From Anaerolineae bacterium (GTDB lineage: Bacteria > Chloroflexota > Anaerolineae > UBA1429): 64,000 bases of DNA. The stretch's first letter is position 1. The number at the start of each line of letters is the position of its first letter. The stretch covers positions 2,912,001 to 2,976,000 of the forward strand of contig OY776562.1 in assembly GCA_963675785.1 (NCBI GenBank), given 5' to 3'. The notes under the pieces are model-generated. The model did no database searches. It was not told the DNA's origin and saw nothing but the letters and a program-made list of their open reading frames with translations. This document shows positions 18,842-28,665 of the stretch, one piece after another. The position numbers and the translations under genes are program-made.

Positions 18842-20140
18842 ATGAATATCTATCTAACTGCCCTTGGGTGTCGCCTCAATCAGGCGGAGACCGAGGATAT
18901 GGCGCGCAAGCTCGAGACGCTCGGGCAAAATATCGTGGATGATGCCCAGATGGCTGATCGCATCGTCGTGAATACTTGCACGGTTACTCATGTAGCCGAT
19001 CGCAAGTCACGGCAGCTCATCAGGCGACTGCATCGCCTCAACCCTGCGGCGGGCATTGCCGTCACTGGCTGCTACGCCGAGACCTCTCGTGAGGTCATTG
19101 ACAAGTTGGATGGCGTTGACCTGGTGGTCAGTAACGGCGATAAAGAACGAATTGTCGAGCTTTTGTTGCAGCACGAACAGGTTCCCTTGCCCGTCGCGAT
19201 CGTTGCTTCTTCTGGTCCCCTTAAAAACGGCCACACCCGGGCCTTTGTCAAGATTCAGGACGGCTGTGACAACGCCTGTAGCTATTGCATCGTCACAATG
19301 GCACGTGGTGCCCAAAAGAGCCTGGCGCCAGAGCGGGTTATTGAGAGAATCTGCCGCCGTATAGATGAAGGCTACCGCGAGGTTGTCCTTACTGGTGTAC
19401 ATATCGGTGCCTATGGGCGTGATAGCCACCCTGCTGGCGCACTGCCGCCAGAAAAGGGTTGGTCTCTGGCCCGGCTGGTTCAGCGTATTTTGGACGAGAC
19501 AGATGTAGAGCGCCTCAGGCTCTCTTCGCTGGAACCCTGGGATTTCTCGAACGAGCTCCTGACCTTGTGGCATGATGAGCGCCTTTGCAATCATTTGCAT
19601 CTCCCCTTGCAGAGCGGCTCTGATGCGGTGCTCAAGGCCATGAACCGTGACTATACCACGGACTATTTCGCTCGCCTGGTTGAATCTTTGCGTGCCGCCA
19701 TCCCTAATCTCTCACTGACGACGGATGTCATCGTTGGCTTTCCAGGAGAGACGGATGCCCTTTTTGAAGAATCCACTCGGTTCGTCGAAGCCATGGCCTT
19801 TGCCAAGTTGCATATTTTTCGCTATTCGCCAAGACCAGGCACCTTGGCCGCTGAACTAGACGGGGCAGTACCTTCGCCTGTCATCGATGAGCGCGCCCGG
19901 CAACTTGCCGCTTTGTCTCGCAGGCTGGGATTGCGCTTTAACAGGCAATTCGTAGGCCAGCAGATGCAAGTGCTCTTTGAGCATTGCGCCGATGACTCGA
20001 CCTGGGATGGCCTGTCTACCAATTATTGCCGGGTCAAGGTCAAGAGCGAACAGGCTTTGCGAAACCATTTGGGCCAAGTGCTCGTCGAACGGGCTGATTC
20101 AGCCAGCCTAACGGGCCGATTGATTATGGAGGAAGGCTAG
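18842..20140 (+). CDS. mtaB: tRNA t6A37 methylthiotransferase MtaB
   Basis: LGCRLNQAE, VNTCTVT, radical SAM motif QDGCDNACSYC, HLPLQSGSD, YSPRPGT and C-terminal TRAM. Confidence 0.9.
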   Translation: MNIYLTALGCRLNQAETEDMARKLETLGQNIVDDAQMADRIVVNTCTVTHVADRKSRQLIRRLHRLNPAAGIAVTGCYAETSREVIDKLDGVDLVVSNGDKERIVELLLQHEQVPLPVAIVASSGPLKNGHTRAFVKIQDGCDNACSYCIVTMARGAQKSLAPERVIERICRRIDEGYREVVLTGVHIGAYGRDSHPAGALPPEKGWSLARLVQRILDETDVERLRLSSLEPWDFSNELLTLWHDERLCNHLHLPLQSGSDAVLKAMNRDYTTDYFARLVESLRAAIPNLSLTTDVIVGFPGETDALFEESTRFVEAMAFAKLHIFRYSPRPGTLAAELDGAVPSPVIDERARQLAALSRRLGLRFNRQFVGQQMQVLFEHCADDSTWDGLSTNYCRVKVKSEQALRNHLGQVLVERADSASLTGRLIMEEG

Positions 20141-20913
20141 TGCCTTGGTTAGATACAGCAGAGAGGGCCGCACGCGCGGCTGGTCAGGCCATCATGGCGC
20201 ATTACCTTGGTCAACACCAGATCAAGGTCAAGGGGCTGAGAGATATTGCTACCGAAGCTGATCTGGCGGCTGAGGCTGCTGCATTGGCGGTGATACGGGC
20301 CGAATGCCCTCAGGGATTCATCGTTTCGGAAGAAAGCAACGGCGAATTTGTCGAGCATGCTGGGCAGATCACCTGGTTTGTGGACCCTCTGGATGGCACG
20401 ACCAATTATGCCCGCGGTTTGCCCAGTTTTTGCGTCTCTGTGGCTGCCGTTCTCGATGGCCATCCGATTGCCGGTGTAGTCTATGATCCCCTTGATGACC
20501 AACTCTTTGGCGCTGAGTACGGGCAGGGGGCCTACCTGGACGGCGTTCAGTTGCACGTGAGCGAACGCACGAACTTGGCCGAGAGCGTGGTGCTGGTTGA
20601 TTGGCCCCGCGATCAGACGCTTCGCCAGCAATCCGGGCGTTTTTTGGCAAGGGTTGCGCCCCAAGTCGATACGGTGCGCAGCTTTGGGGCAGCGGCCAAA
20701 GCCTTTTGTTACGTGGCTGCGGGCTGGGCAGATGTGTACCTGCAATTTACCTTGAGCCCTTGGGATGTGGCTGCGGGCATTCTCATTCTGGAAGAGGCTG
20801 GTGGGATGGTGACGGATTTGCGCGGCCTGCCCTACGAGTTAAGCCAAAAGAGCTGGCTGGCCAGTAATGGGCTTTTGCACCAGCATATGGTGGCTATGAA
20901 CCCTTATGCCTGA
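20140..20913 (+). CDS. Inositol monophosphatase family protein (SuhB-like)
   Basis: SEE, DPLDGTTNY and WDVAAG. Confidence 0.92.
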   Translation: MPWLDTAERAARAAGQAIMAHYLGQHQIKVKGLRDIATEADLAAEAAALAVIRAECPQGFIVSEESNGEFVEHAGQITWFVDPLDGTTNYARGLPSFCVSVAAVLDGHPIAGVVYDPLDDQLFGAEYGQGAYLDGVQLHVSERTNLAESVVLVDWPRDQTLRQQSGRFLARVAPQVDTVRSFGAAAKAFCYVAAGWADVYLQFTLSPWDVAAGILILEEAGGMVTDLRGLPYELSQKSWLASNGLLHQHMVAMNPYA

Positions 20914-20921
20914 TTGAATAA

Positions 20922-20949
20922 AAAAGAGGGGGCTCAAGCCCCCTCTTTT
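20922..20949. terminator. Bidirectional intrinsic terminator between convergent genes
   Basis: AAAAGAGGGGGC-tcaa-GCCCCCTCTTTT. Confidence 0.85.
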
Positions 20950-20953
20950 CCCG

Positions 20954-22096
20954 TTACAGCGCAGCCTCTAGAATGGCCAACACATCGTCGTGGCCTAAAG
21001 GCCGTGGATTGTGTTTGAGAGAGCTAGAGGGCAATGATTCGGCGATGATCTCTTTAAAAGCAGAGCGTTCTACGCCAAACTCGGCGAGATGCAGCGGGAT
21101 GCCCACGTTTTCGATGATGCTTTTCACCTTGTCGACGGCCTCACGAGCGGCCTGAGCCTCATCCATTGGCGCCTCATTTGAAAGCATTCGGGTAACGGCT
21201 GCATACTTGGTTTGGGCATAGTCGATGTTGTAGGCCATAGTATATGGCAGCAACAACCCGCAGACCGTACCGTGGGGAATATGGTATCGTGCGCCAAGTG
21301 GATGGGCCATGCCGTGTACACCGCCCAATCGGGCACTGCCCATGGCCATGCCGGCCATCAGGCTGCCGTAAGCCATATCTTCACGGGCGGCTAGGTTGCT
21401 CCCATCCTGATAGGCGGCTTCCAATGAATTGCCGATGAGCTGGACAGCACGCCTGGCCAAGGCGTCGGTGATGGGCGAAGCGCCGATTGAGGTATAAGCC
21501 TCGATGGCTTGGCATAGGGCGTCACTGCCCGAGCTGGCTGTCACCTTGGGCGGCAACGACAGGGTCAATTCTGGATCGACGATGGCCGTCCGTGCATACC
21601 AACGGTCATCGCGAATACTTTGCTTGATGCCGGTGGCTGCATCGGTCAAAACGGCATTCTTGGTTACTTCAGCTCCTGTGCCAGAGGTAGTAGGGATGGC
21701 GATAAACGGCAGTCCGTTCGCCGTGATGGCTTTGCCTTGAAAGTAATCCCTCACCGATCCTTCCAGTCCCGCCAGGCCAGCGATGGCTTTGGCCGTATCC
21801 ATGGGGCTGCCCCCACCCATGCCAATAACCATCTCGATGTGGTTTGCTGCGGCGAGTTCGAGCCCTCGTTCTACCATCTCTAGCTCGGGCTCGGCGGCAA
21901 TACCCTCGTAAAGGGTAACTTGAACGCCGGCCTGGATTAGAATCTCTGTAGCGCGTTCGACATAACCGGCGCTTTTGGCGGATTTTCCGCCGCAGACTAG
22001 TAGGGCGCTCTGTCCCAAGGCCGCTGCCTCTTTGCCCAATTCGTTCAAGGCGCCACATGCGGCAATAATGTGCGTCGGCAGATAATAGGTATTCAA
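20954..22096 (-). CDS. Iron-containing alcohol dehydrogenase
   Basis: GGGSPMDTAK, PTTSGTGAEVT, DPELT and HGMAHPLG...HG. Confidence 0.92.
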   Translation of the reverse strand: MNTYYLPTHIIAACGALNELGKEAAALGQSALLVCGGKSAKSAGYVERATEILIQAGVQVTLYEGIAAEPELEMVERGLELAAANHIEMVIGMGGGSPMDTAKAIAGLAGLEGSVRDYFQGKAITANGLPFIAIPTTSGTGAEVTKNAVLTDAATGIKQSIRDDRWYARTAIVDPELTLSLPPKVTASSGSDALCQAIEAYTSIGASPITDALARRAVQLIGNSLEAAYQDGSNLAAREDMAYGSLMAGMAMGSARLGGVHGMAHPLGARYHIPHGTVCGLLLPYTMAYNIDYAQTKYAAVTRMLSNEAPMDEAQAAREAVDKVKSIIENVGIPLHLAEFGVERSAFKEIIAESLPSSSLKHNPRPLGHDDVLAILEAAL

Positions 22097-22097
22097 T

Positions 22098-23306
22098 CTA
22101 GGCTCCTCTGGCTTTTTCGGGCTCTTCGATGTAATCGATATCGATGGAGAACGGTTGCTGTCCCAGGAACTGTCCCATCAATCTGGCTTCTTCGGCAATC
22201 AGAGCCAGTTGGGTGGGCGTCATTACCTCAAAGGTGCGAATTACGACACGGTCATAACGATCTCGTTGCCACCAGATGCCCACCGCTCTCCCCTCATAGA
22301 GAACGACTCCCGTCGAATCGCCGGTCCAATCGTACACGCGATCCAGATTGTCTCGGTCGATAAAGCGCGCGTTATCTCGATAGGCCATCATATAACTATC
22401 TCGTGGGGAAAGTAGATTGGTGATTTGCCTGGGTCGAGGCGGGTTGAGCAGCATGCCGATATCTTCAGTCAGAACATAGTATTCGCCAGGATAGTCTCGC
22501 AGTTCTAGTCGCGATACCTTTGTGCCAAGGCGATACAGTGCTGAGACGATCTCGCCACGTCGTACGGCACCGATCCAATGGACGATATCGCCAACTGTAG
22601 CCGGGCCAAAGGCCCTGAGGTAGCGTAAAATTATCGTGGCAATGGCTTCCTCAGATGAAATGGCATCCAAACTCACTGCTGGGAGCCAAGAGGACAAGGC
22701 CGCAAAGCGATAATGGTCACTGCGCCAGCTTCCCTGGATATCTGCTCGGACCAGAATGCCGCGGGCACACATGGCCGGTACCAGACGATCTCCTAACCTA
22801 CTGGTGCCCAGCTCTTTCTTGCCGGGGGCATCGGGAATGCGCTTACCAAGTTCGGGAATGCGATCCATTAGTTCTTCGATGGTGCAAGCGCCGCGAGCAC
22901 TCAACACGTCGAGCACGTGAGAGGCGAGCGTAGCAATGTGCGGCTCTTGGTCATCATTCGCACTGCCGAAGTTCTCTAGGTATTCATAGAGGTCGGTAGG
23001 AACAAGAGCTTCTCGCACATGGTGATAGGCGGCGTAATCCTCAGAGGGAATGATAAAGAGATCACTTTGCATTGCTGGGATGCGGACGAGTGTGCGGTCG
23101 GTGTGCAAAGCCTGGTCGAGCAAGATGGGCTTTTGGTTCCGCGCACGAGCCCATAACGAGAGGTGAGCTGTTACACCAGGGATGGCGCGTACAGGCCCGG
23201 CTTGTTTGCACAATTGAACAGCGCTACCGTAATGATCTGTATGCAACAGTCCCTGTCTATAGAGGCTGAAAAAGGTTAGATTTTCTAGATTTACACGTAA
23301 TGGCAT
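22098..23306 (-). CDS. Winged-helix HTH_42 protein (AlkZ/YcaQ crosslink glycosylase family)
   Basis: LSLWAR, RTLVR, RYLRAFGPATVGD..W.G, LLSPRDSY and GRAVGIW. Confidence 0.82.
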   Translation of the reverse strand: MPLRVNLENLTFFSLYRQGLLHTDHYGSAVQLCKQAGPVRAIPGVTAHLSLWARARNQKPILLDQALHTDRTLVRIPAMQSDLFIIPSEDYAAYHHVREALVPTDLYEYLENFGSANDDQEPHIATLASHVLDVLSARGACTIEELMDRIPELGKRIPDAPGKKELGTSRLGDRLVPAMCARGILVRADIQGSWRSDHYRFAALSSWLPAVSLDAISSEEAIATIILRYLRAFGPATVGDIVHWIGAVRRGEIVSALYRLGTKVSRLELRDYPGEYYVLTEDIGMLLNPPRPRQITNLLSPRDSYMMAYRDNARFIDRDNLDRVYDWTGDSTGVVLYEGRAVGIWWQRDRYDRVVIRTFEVMTPTQLALIAEEARLMGQFLGQQPFSIDIDYIEEPEKARGA

Positions 23307-23386
23307 GCGACTTTTCTGCTAAAACAGCATACCCTGATCTGCCATTCTGATTATAGCACATGCGCCAAGTTCCCTCCGCAGAGCAT

Positions 23387-23887
23387 TTATCGGAGAGAGA
23401 AATGCATCAAGCCAGTCTCATCTGAAGTATAGAGGCCGTATACAATTTCATCCTTTGAATTGGCGATGCGTGGTAGCAGTTCGGCTAGATTCTCTACTAG
23501 ATCGTCGGTCGGCAAGTTCGTCAGGAGGTGCCATTCCAGAGAGCCCTCATCGCTGGGAGTGATTTCTCCTGTAGCCTGGTTACCGACAAAGACATTGAGG
23601 ACAACACCTGGGGCTTGGCCTTGTCCCTGAATATGGATCAGAGCGGCCAAACGTGCATCTACGAGTTCAAGACCGGTTTCCTCGTGAAATTCGCGCAAGG
23701 CTGATTCACGAATATCCTCGCCGGCTTCGACATGACCGCCGATGCCGTTCAGATGATTGGCCCACAGACGCTTGGTGGAGGCACCGCGTAAGAGCAATAC
23801 ATGATCTCGCTGGATCAAAAAGACAAGTGTGCAGGGGACGATGGTATAACGATGCGTGTCGATGGTGCCTTGTTCACTAAACTGCAT
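23387..23887 (-). CDS. NUDIX hydrolase (MutT-like)
   Basis: Nudix box GGHVEAGEDIRESALREFHEETGL. Confidence 0.9.
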   Translation of the reverse strand: MQFSEQGTIDTHRYTIVPCTLVFLIQRDHVLLLRGASTKRLWANHLNGIGGHVEAGEDIRESALREFHEETGLELVDARLAALIHIQGQGQAPGVVLNVFVGNQATGEITPSDEGSLEWHLLTNLPTDDLVENLAELLPRIANSKDEIVYGLYTSDETGLMHFSLR

Positions 23888-24482
23888 GAATGCTCTTTTC
23901 CTTACCAGCGAAAGGTGCCTGTGAAAGAATCGTGTAAACAGGCCCCGAGGAAATGAGTACGCTACGATAGAGCGTCAACGAGTTGGCAACCCACCCCATC
24001 TGAGTGATACGTGTCTCTTGTAATGACGCACCAAGAGCTGCCAGAGTTTCATTGCGAGCGTCGCGCTTTGCCCTGCCAAGTGTCAAGTGGGGCTGAAAGG
24101 GGCGGCTCTCGGCAGCCAAGCCCAAGGCGATGGATGCTCGTTCTATTTTTTCCGCCAGAAGCGACAATTGATTGTCGCTATCTCGCAGGCCGGCCCAGAT
24201 AATACGCGGCTGGCGCGTATTGGGAAAGCAGCCCAGTTGGGCGAGCGATAATTCGAATGGGGTAATTTCTGCGCAACAGGTTGAGAGCACTTTGGCTAGA
24301 TTGTCGATTCGGCTCTGCTCAACCTCTCCATAGAATTTGATGGTCAAGTGTATCTGCTCGGGGGCAGTCCAGCGGGTAGCTTTGCCTCCAGGGGCAGCAG
24401 CCAGTTTTTTCTGCATTGCAAAAAGGGCCTCGCGAATGTCTTGGGGCAGTTCGAGGGCTGCAAAAGTGCGCCAGGTCGTCAT
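23877..24482 (-). CDS. thpR: RNA 2',3'-cyclic phosphodiesterase (LigT-like 2H phosphoesterase)
   Basis: Two HxT motifs (HLTIKF, PHLTLGR), FP..PR..WAG and C-terminal GPVY. Confidence 0.92.
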   Translation of the reverse strand: MTTWRTFAALELPQDIREALFAMQKKLAAAPGGKATRWTAPEQIHLTIKFYGEVEQSRIDNLAKVLSTCCAEITPFELSLAQLGCFPNTRQPRIIWAGLRDSDNQLSLLAEKIERASIALGLAAESRPFQPHLTLGRAKRDARNETLAALGASLQETRITQMGWVANSLTLYRSVLISSGPVYTILSQAPFAGKEKSIHAV

Positions 24483-24483
24483 A

Positions 24484-25335
24484 TCAAGTTTCTTCTTCCA
24501 AGGGGATGTTCAATAATCGGGCGGCGTTTAGGCACATAAAGGCATTCAGATCGGTTTCATCCAATCCAAGCCGCTGAACATGCTGAACAAAGCGCTCTTG
24601 GCCGATAAGCGGGTAATCTGTGCCAAAGAGCAACCGTTCCCTGGCCAGTTCTAGGCCGATGCGAAAAGCGCGATCGTCATAGAGATAAAGCAAAGCAGCC
24701 GAATCATAATAGACATTCTGCAGAGCCGCCTGCACTTCGGGCATCGTTTCATAATAAACAAGCCCCCCGCCCCAGTGAGCAAAGACCAAGCGAGCTTGGG
24801 GGTGGCGTTCGGCTAGCAACAGGGCAGCTTTGGGCCCAGGCCCAGATTTGCCAGCATAGTTGTGCCCGAAAAGTTCGTTGATATGAATCATGACAGGTTT
24901 GTTCAAGGCCTGCGCTGTGGCGATCAACAAATCCGTGGCTGGGTCATTCAAGCCAAAGCCTTGCCCGTGGGGCATAAGTTCACCAAAGCCCTGGGCTCCT
25001 CGCTCGGCCAGATGCCGCATCTCATCAACTAAATTCTCATCCTTGGGCGAGACCAAGACAAAGGGCAACAGCTGGTCAGCACTCTCTGCGGCGTTTTCAA
25101 GTACATAGTCGTTGCAAACCTGGCGCAGGCTCAGATTGACAAAGGGGAACCCAAAGGTGATAGAGTGGGCGATGCCTGCCTGGGCCATAGAGGCCAGCAA
25201 TTGCTCGGCATCCACCATCTTTGCCTTGGGCGAGCTGTACAGTTCGCCAAACCAGGGTTCGTCCTGGGCAATTTCCACTCGCTGAGAGATGATCTCGGGA
25301 GGAAAGATGTGCGTGTGCATGTCAATGATCTTCAT
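24484..25335 (-). CDS. Amidohydrolase family protein
   Basis: IDMHTH, AHWGGG and FGTDYP. Confidence 0.88.
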   Translation of the reverse strand: MKIIDMHTHIFPPEIISQRVEIAQDEPWFGELYSSPKAKMVDAEQLLASMAQAGIAHSITFGFPFVNLSLRQVCNDYVLENAAESADQLLPFVLVSPKDENLVDEMRHLAERGAQGFGELMPHGQGFGLNDPATDLLIATAQALNKPVMIHINELFGHNYAGKSGPGPKAALLLAERHPQARLVFAHWGGGLVYYETMPEVQAALQNVYYDSAALLYLYDDRAFRIGLELARERLLFGTDYPLIGQERFVQHVQRLGLDETDLNAFMCLNAARLLNIPLEEET

Positions 25336-25392
25336 ACTCCTATTCTGGCTGTCGCGTTCAGCGTGTCAAGATGTCGCGTGCAACGGTATCAT

Positions 25393-25420
25393 TTGACACT
25401 CTTAATGCTTGATGTATACT
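25393..25420 (+). promoter_or_regulatory. Promoter for the tRNA-Ala pair
   Basis: TTGACA-N16-TATACT. Confidence 0.55.
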
Positions 25421-25440
25421 GTGAAGCGTCGTTGGACTGG

Positions 25441-25513
25441 GGGGCTGTAGCTCAGCTGGGAGAGCGCATCAATCGCACTGATGAGGCCAGGGGTTCGAAT
25501 CCCCTCAGCTCCA
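25441..25513 (+). tRNA. tRNA-Ala(CGC)
   Basis: GGGGCTG/CAGCTCC with G3:U70; anticodon arm CATCA-ATCGCAC-TGATG; GGTTCGAATCC. Confidence 0.95.
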
Positions 25514-25539
25514 CTCGGTGGCCTGTAACAATATAATAT

Positions 25540-25612
<73 letters not shown>

Positions 25613-25654
25613 CTCAACACCCCTTAACCCTGCCAGCACAGGGTAATAATTGGA

Positions 25655-25690
25655 CCCCTTCGTTGTGATGGCGAAGGGGAATTTTTGTTT
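25655..25690 (+). terminator. Intrinsic terminator after the tRNA-Ala genes
   Basis: CCCCTTCGT...GCGAAGGGG followed by a T-rich tract. Confidence 0.65.
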
Positions 25691-25770
25691 GTATGTCCTA
25701 GTTTTCAATAGCAGCAGCGCTAGCTGCTCTAGGGATAGCGGCTATATCGAGTGCCTTAGGAGGTTGCACG

Positions 25771-28578
25771 ATGCAGGATAGGGAAAAGGCCCCGGAATAT
25801 CGGGCCCAAGAGATCGAAGCCAAGTGGCAAAGGCGATGGGATGAATCCGGCCTATACAAGATGGTCGAGGATCCCAGTCGTCCCAAGCACTATGCGCTAA
25901 CGATGCTACCCTATACCTCAGGTGATCTTCATATTGGCCACTGGTACGCTATGTCGCCTTCGGATTCCAAGGCGCGCTATATGCGGATGAAGGGTTACAA
26001 CGTCTTTTTCCCCATGGGCTTTGATGCCTTTGGCTTGCCCGCGGAAAATGCGGCCATCAAGCATGGCATCCATCCTCGTGAGTGGACCTTTAAGAACATC
26101 GAACACATGCGCCACCAACTTTGTAGTATGGGCGCTAGTTTCGCCTGGGATAACGAGGCTGTAACCTGCCTGCCTGGATTCTATAAATGGACGGAGTGGT
26201 TCTTTTTAAAGATGTACGAAATGGGCCTGGCTTACCGCAAAAAGTCGCCTGTGGACTTTTGCCCAACCTGCAATACAACCCTGGCTCGTGAGCAGGTTTG
26301 GGGTGATGATCGCCATTGTGAGCGCTGCGGTACGCCGGTGATCAAAAAAGACCTAGAGCAGTGGTTCTTCCGTATTACCGATTATGCAGACCAATTGCTC
26401 GAAGGGTTGGATCGCATTGATTGGCCAGAGCGCATTAAGACGATGCAGCGCAACTGGATCGGTCGCAGTGAGGGCGCCCAGGTTACCTTTAAATCCGAGC
26501 AAGGCGACGATATCGTCGTCTTTACCACCCGTCCTGATACCTTGTGGGGGGCTACTTTTATGGTGCTGGCCCCCGAGCATCCTCTTGTCGATAAACTTGC
26601 CGCAGATGAGTGCATGGCTGATATCGAGGGATACCGCAATCAGGCGGCGCGTCAGAGTGAGATTGAGCGCTTGGCGACTGATAAAGAAAAGACGGGGCTG
26701 TTTATTGGCGCTTATGCCGTAAACCCCGTCAATGGCAAGCGTATCCCTATCTGGATCGCGGACTATGTCATGCTCACCTATGGAACGGGCGCCATTATGG
26801 CCGTGCCAGCTCATGACGAACGCGATTTTGCCTTTGCGGTTAAATTCGGTCTGCCCATTGTGCCCGTCATCGGCCGACTGGATCATATCTCCAAGAGCAT
26901 GGTGCCTCAACCGGCCGCTGATGATGGGCTGGAAGCAGCGTTTACTGAGGCGGGTATACGCTTTGAGCTTGTAGATGGGGCTTACTGCATCACTTTGAAA
27001 TCTCCAGAGCAGGTTTCGGCCTATGTGGCCACTGTTCAAGCGCATCTCAAATCGGGCGCCTGGGTGGATGTGGTTGGTGCTCAGTGGCTGACCGTATTTG
27101 CCGATGAAATTATCGTTTTTGATTCGGTGGAAACGCAGTCGCGCATTCTGGCGCGGATCAAGGCTTTGTGCGATTGCCCCGAGGTCCAAGAGGCACGTAC
27201 CTATATGGAGTTCCTGGATAGCGTCGAATGGTATCAGGACGTGCTCTTCCATGCCGAATATGGCGAGATGATTCACTCGGCTGAATTCAGCGGCACGCCG
27301 GGCGATGTAGCCAAGGGCCAAGTCATTTCCTGGCTTTCGGAGAAGGGTATTGGCTGCGCCGAAGTGAATTACCGTCTGCGTGACTGGCTGATAAGCCGTC
27401 AGCGCTATTGGGGTGCGCCCATCCCCATGGTTTATTGCGACGAGTGTGGCATTGTGCCGGTACCTTTTGAGGATTTGCCGGTATTGTTGCCTGATGATGC
27501 CGAGTTTATGCCCACGGGCGAATCGCCGCTCAAGTACCACAAGGCCTTTTATGAGACAACTTGCCCCAAGTGCGGCGGTCCGGCCAAGCGTGAGACGGAT
27601 ACCATGGATACGTTCATGTGTTCGTCGTGGTATCAGTATGCCTACGTTAGCCCCTACTATGAGGGCGAGACGCCGATTGACCCGGCAAAGGGTGCTTACT
27701 GGCTCCCAGTAGATCAGTATACAGGTGGTGTGGAACATGCCACCATGCATCTAATGTATACACGCTTCTTTACCAAAGTGATGCACGATATGGGACTGGT
27801 GGATTTTGATGAACCCATGCTCAGGCTCTTTACCCAGGGCATTATTCTGGGTGAAGACAATGAAAAGATGTCCAAGTCACGCGGCAACGTGGTCAACCCG
27901 GATGACTATGTGTCGACCGTTGGTGCTGACGCGGTGCGCGCGTTCATTATGTTCATTGGTCCCTGGGAGCTTGGCGGTAGTTGGGTATCGACAGGTATTG
28001 ACGGCATTACGCGCTTTATGAATAGGGTGTGGAGTGTTGTTCTTGAACCGCGTGACGAACCCCAAAAGCCAGCTACAGCCAAAGAAATTGCTGATCTGCG
28101 CCGTTTGACGCACAAGACCATACACCGTGTAACGGATGATATCGAGGTTTTCAAGTTCAACACCATGTTGGCTGCCTTGATGGAATTCAACAACTATTTG
28201 CTCAAAGCCAAGGATACGGACGTATATGGCACAGAGGCCTGGGCAGAGGCAGTTGAAAGCATGGTGTTGATGTGTGCACCTATCATGCCGCATATTACCG
28301 AAGAGCTCTGGGAACTGATGGGCAAACCCTATAGTGTGCATCAGCAAAGTTGGCCAGCGTGGAGCGAAGAACTGGCTGCTGACGACGTAGTAACCATCGT
28401 CATTCAGGTGAATGGCAAAGTCCGTGCGCGTCTTCAAGTTCCGGCAGACATTACAGATGAGGACGCCAACACCTTGGCGTTGGCCCAGGAAAACGTTCAA
28501 CGTTACATTGAAGGCAAAAAGATCGTCAAGCAGGTCTATGTGCCGGGTCGGCTGGTGAATATTGTAGTGCGCGGCTAA
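25771..28578 (+). CDS. leuS: Leucine--tRNA ligase
   Basis: PYTSGDLHIGH, FTTRPDT, DWLISRQRYWGAPIP, KMSKS and VIQVNGK. Confidence 0.97.
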   Translation: MQDREKAPEYRAQEIEAKWQRRWDESGLYKMVEDPSRPKHYALTMLPYTSGDLHIGHWYAMSPSDSKARYMRMKGYNVFFPMGFDAFGLPAENAAIKHGIHPREWTFKNIEHMRHQLCSMGASFAWDNEAVTCLPGFYKWTEWFFLKMYEMGLAYRKKSPVDFCPTCNTTLAREQVWGDDRHCERCGTPVIKKDLEQWFFRITDYADQLLEGLDRIDWPERIKTMQRNWIGRSEGAQVTFKSEQGDDIVVFTTRPDTLWGATFMVLAPEHPLVDKLAADECMADIEGYRNQAARQSEIERLATDKEKTGLFIGAYAVNPVNGKRIPIWIADYVMLTYGTGAIMAVPAHDERDFAFAVKFGLPIVPVIGRLDHISKSMVPQPAADDGLEAAFTEAGIRFELVDGAYCITLKSPEQVSAYVATVQAHLKSGAWVDVVGAQWLTVFADEIIVFDSVETQSRILARIKALCDCPEVQEARTYMEFLDSVEWYQDVLFHAEYGEMIHSAEFSGTPGDVAKGQVISWLSEKGIGCAEVNYRLRDWLISRQRYWGAPIPMVYCDECGIVPVPFEDLPVLLPDDAEFMPTGESPLKYHKAFYETTCPKCGGPAKRETDTMDTFMCSSWYQYAYVSPYYEGETPIDPAKGAYWLPVDQYTGGVEHATMHLMYTRFFTKVMHDMGLVDFDEPMLRLFTQGIILGEDNEKMSKSRGNVVNPDDYVSTVGADAVRAFIMFIGPWELGGSWVSTGIDGITRFMNRVWSVVLEPRDEPQKPATAKEIADLRRLTHKTIHRVTDDIEVFKFNTMLAALMEFNNYLLKAKDTDVYGTEAWAEAVESMVLMCAPIMPHITEELWELMGKPYSVHQQSWPAWSEELAADDVVTIVIQVNGKVRARLQVPADITDEDANTLALAQENVQRYIEGKKIVKQVYVPGRLVNIVVRG

Positions 28579-28596
28579 GGCATTAAGCGCTTGTCC

Positions 28597-28625
28597 TTGA
28601 CACTGCTCTGACTGTTTTCTAGAAT
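28597..28625 (+). promoter_or_regulatory. Sigma70-type promoter
   Basis: TTGACA-N17-TAGAAT upstream of the 28666 gene. Confidence 0.6.
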
Positions 28626-28665
28626 CGCGGTGCTTGCTTGCCGGTGCGCTTGAAGGAGTTGCCAC

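Noticed and set aside
26353-27750. 465-aa minus-strand ORF
   Set aside because: It is the antisense shadow of leuS and has no recognisable motifs. The same applies to 11322-12098, 27877-28665, 29772-30593 and 62113-63066.
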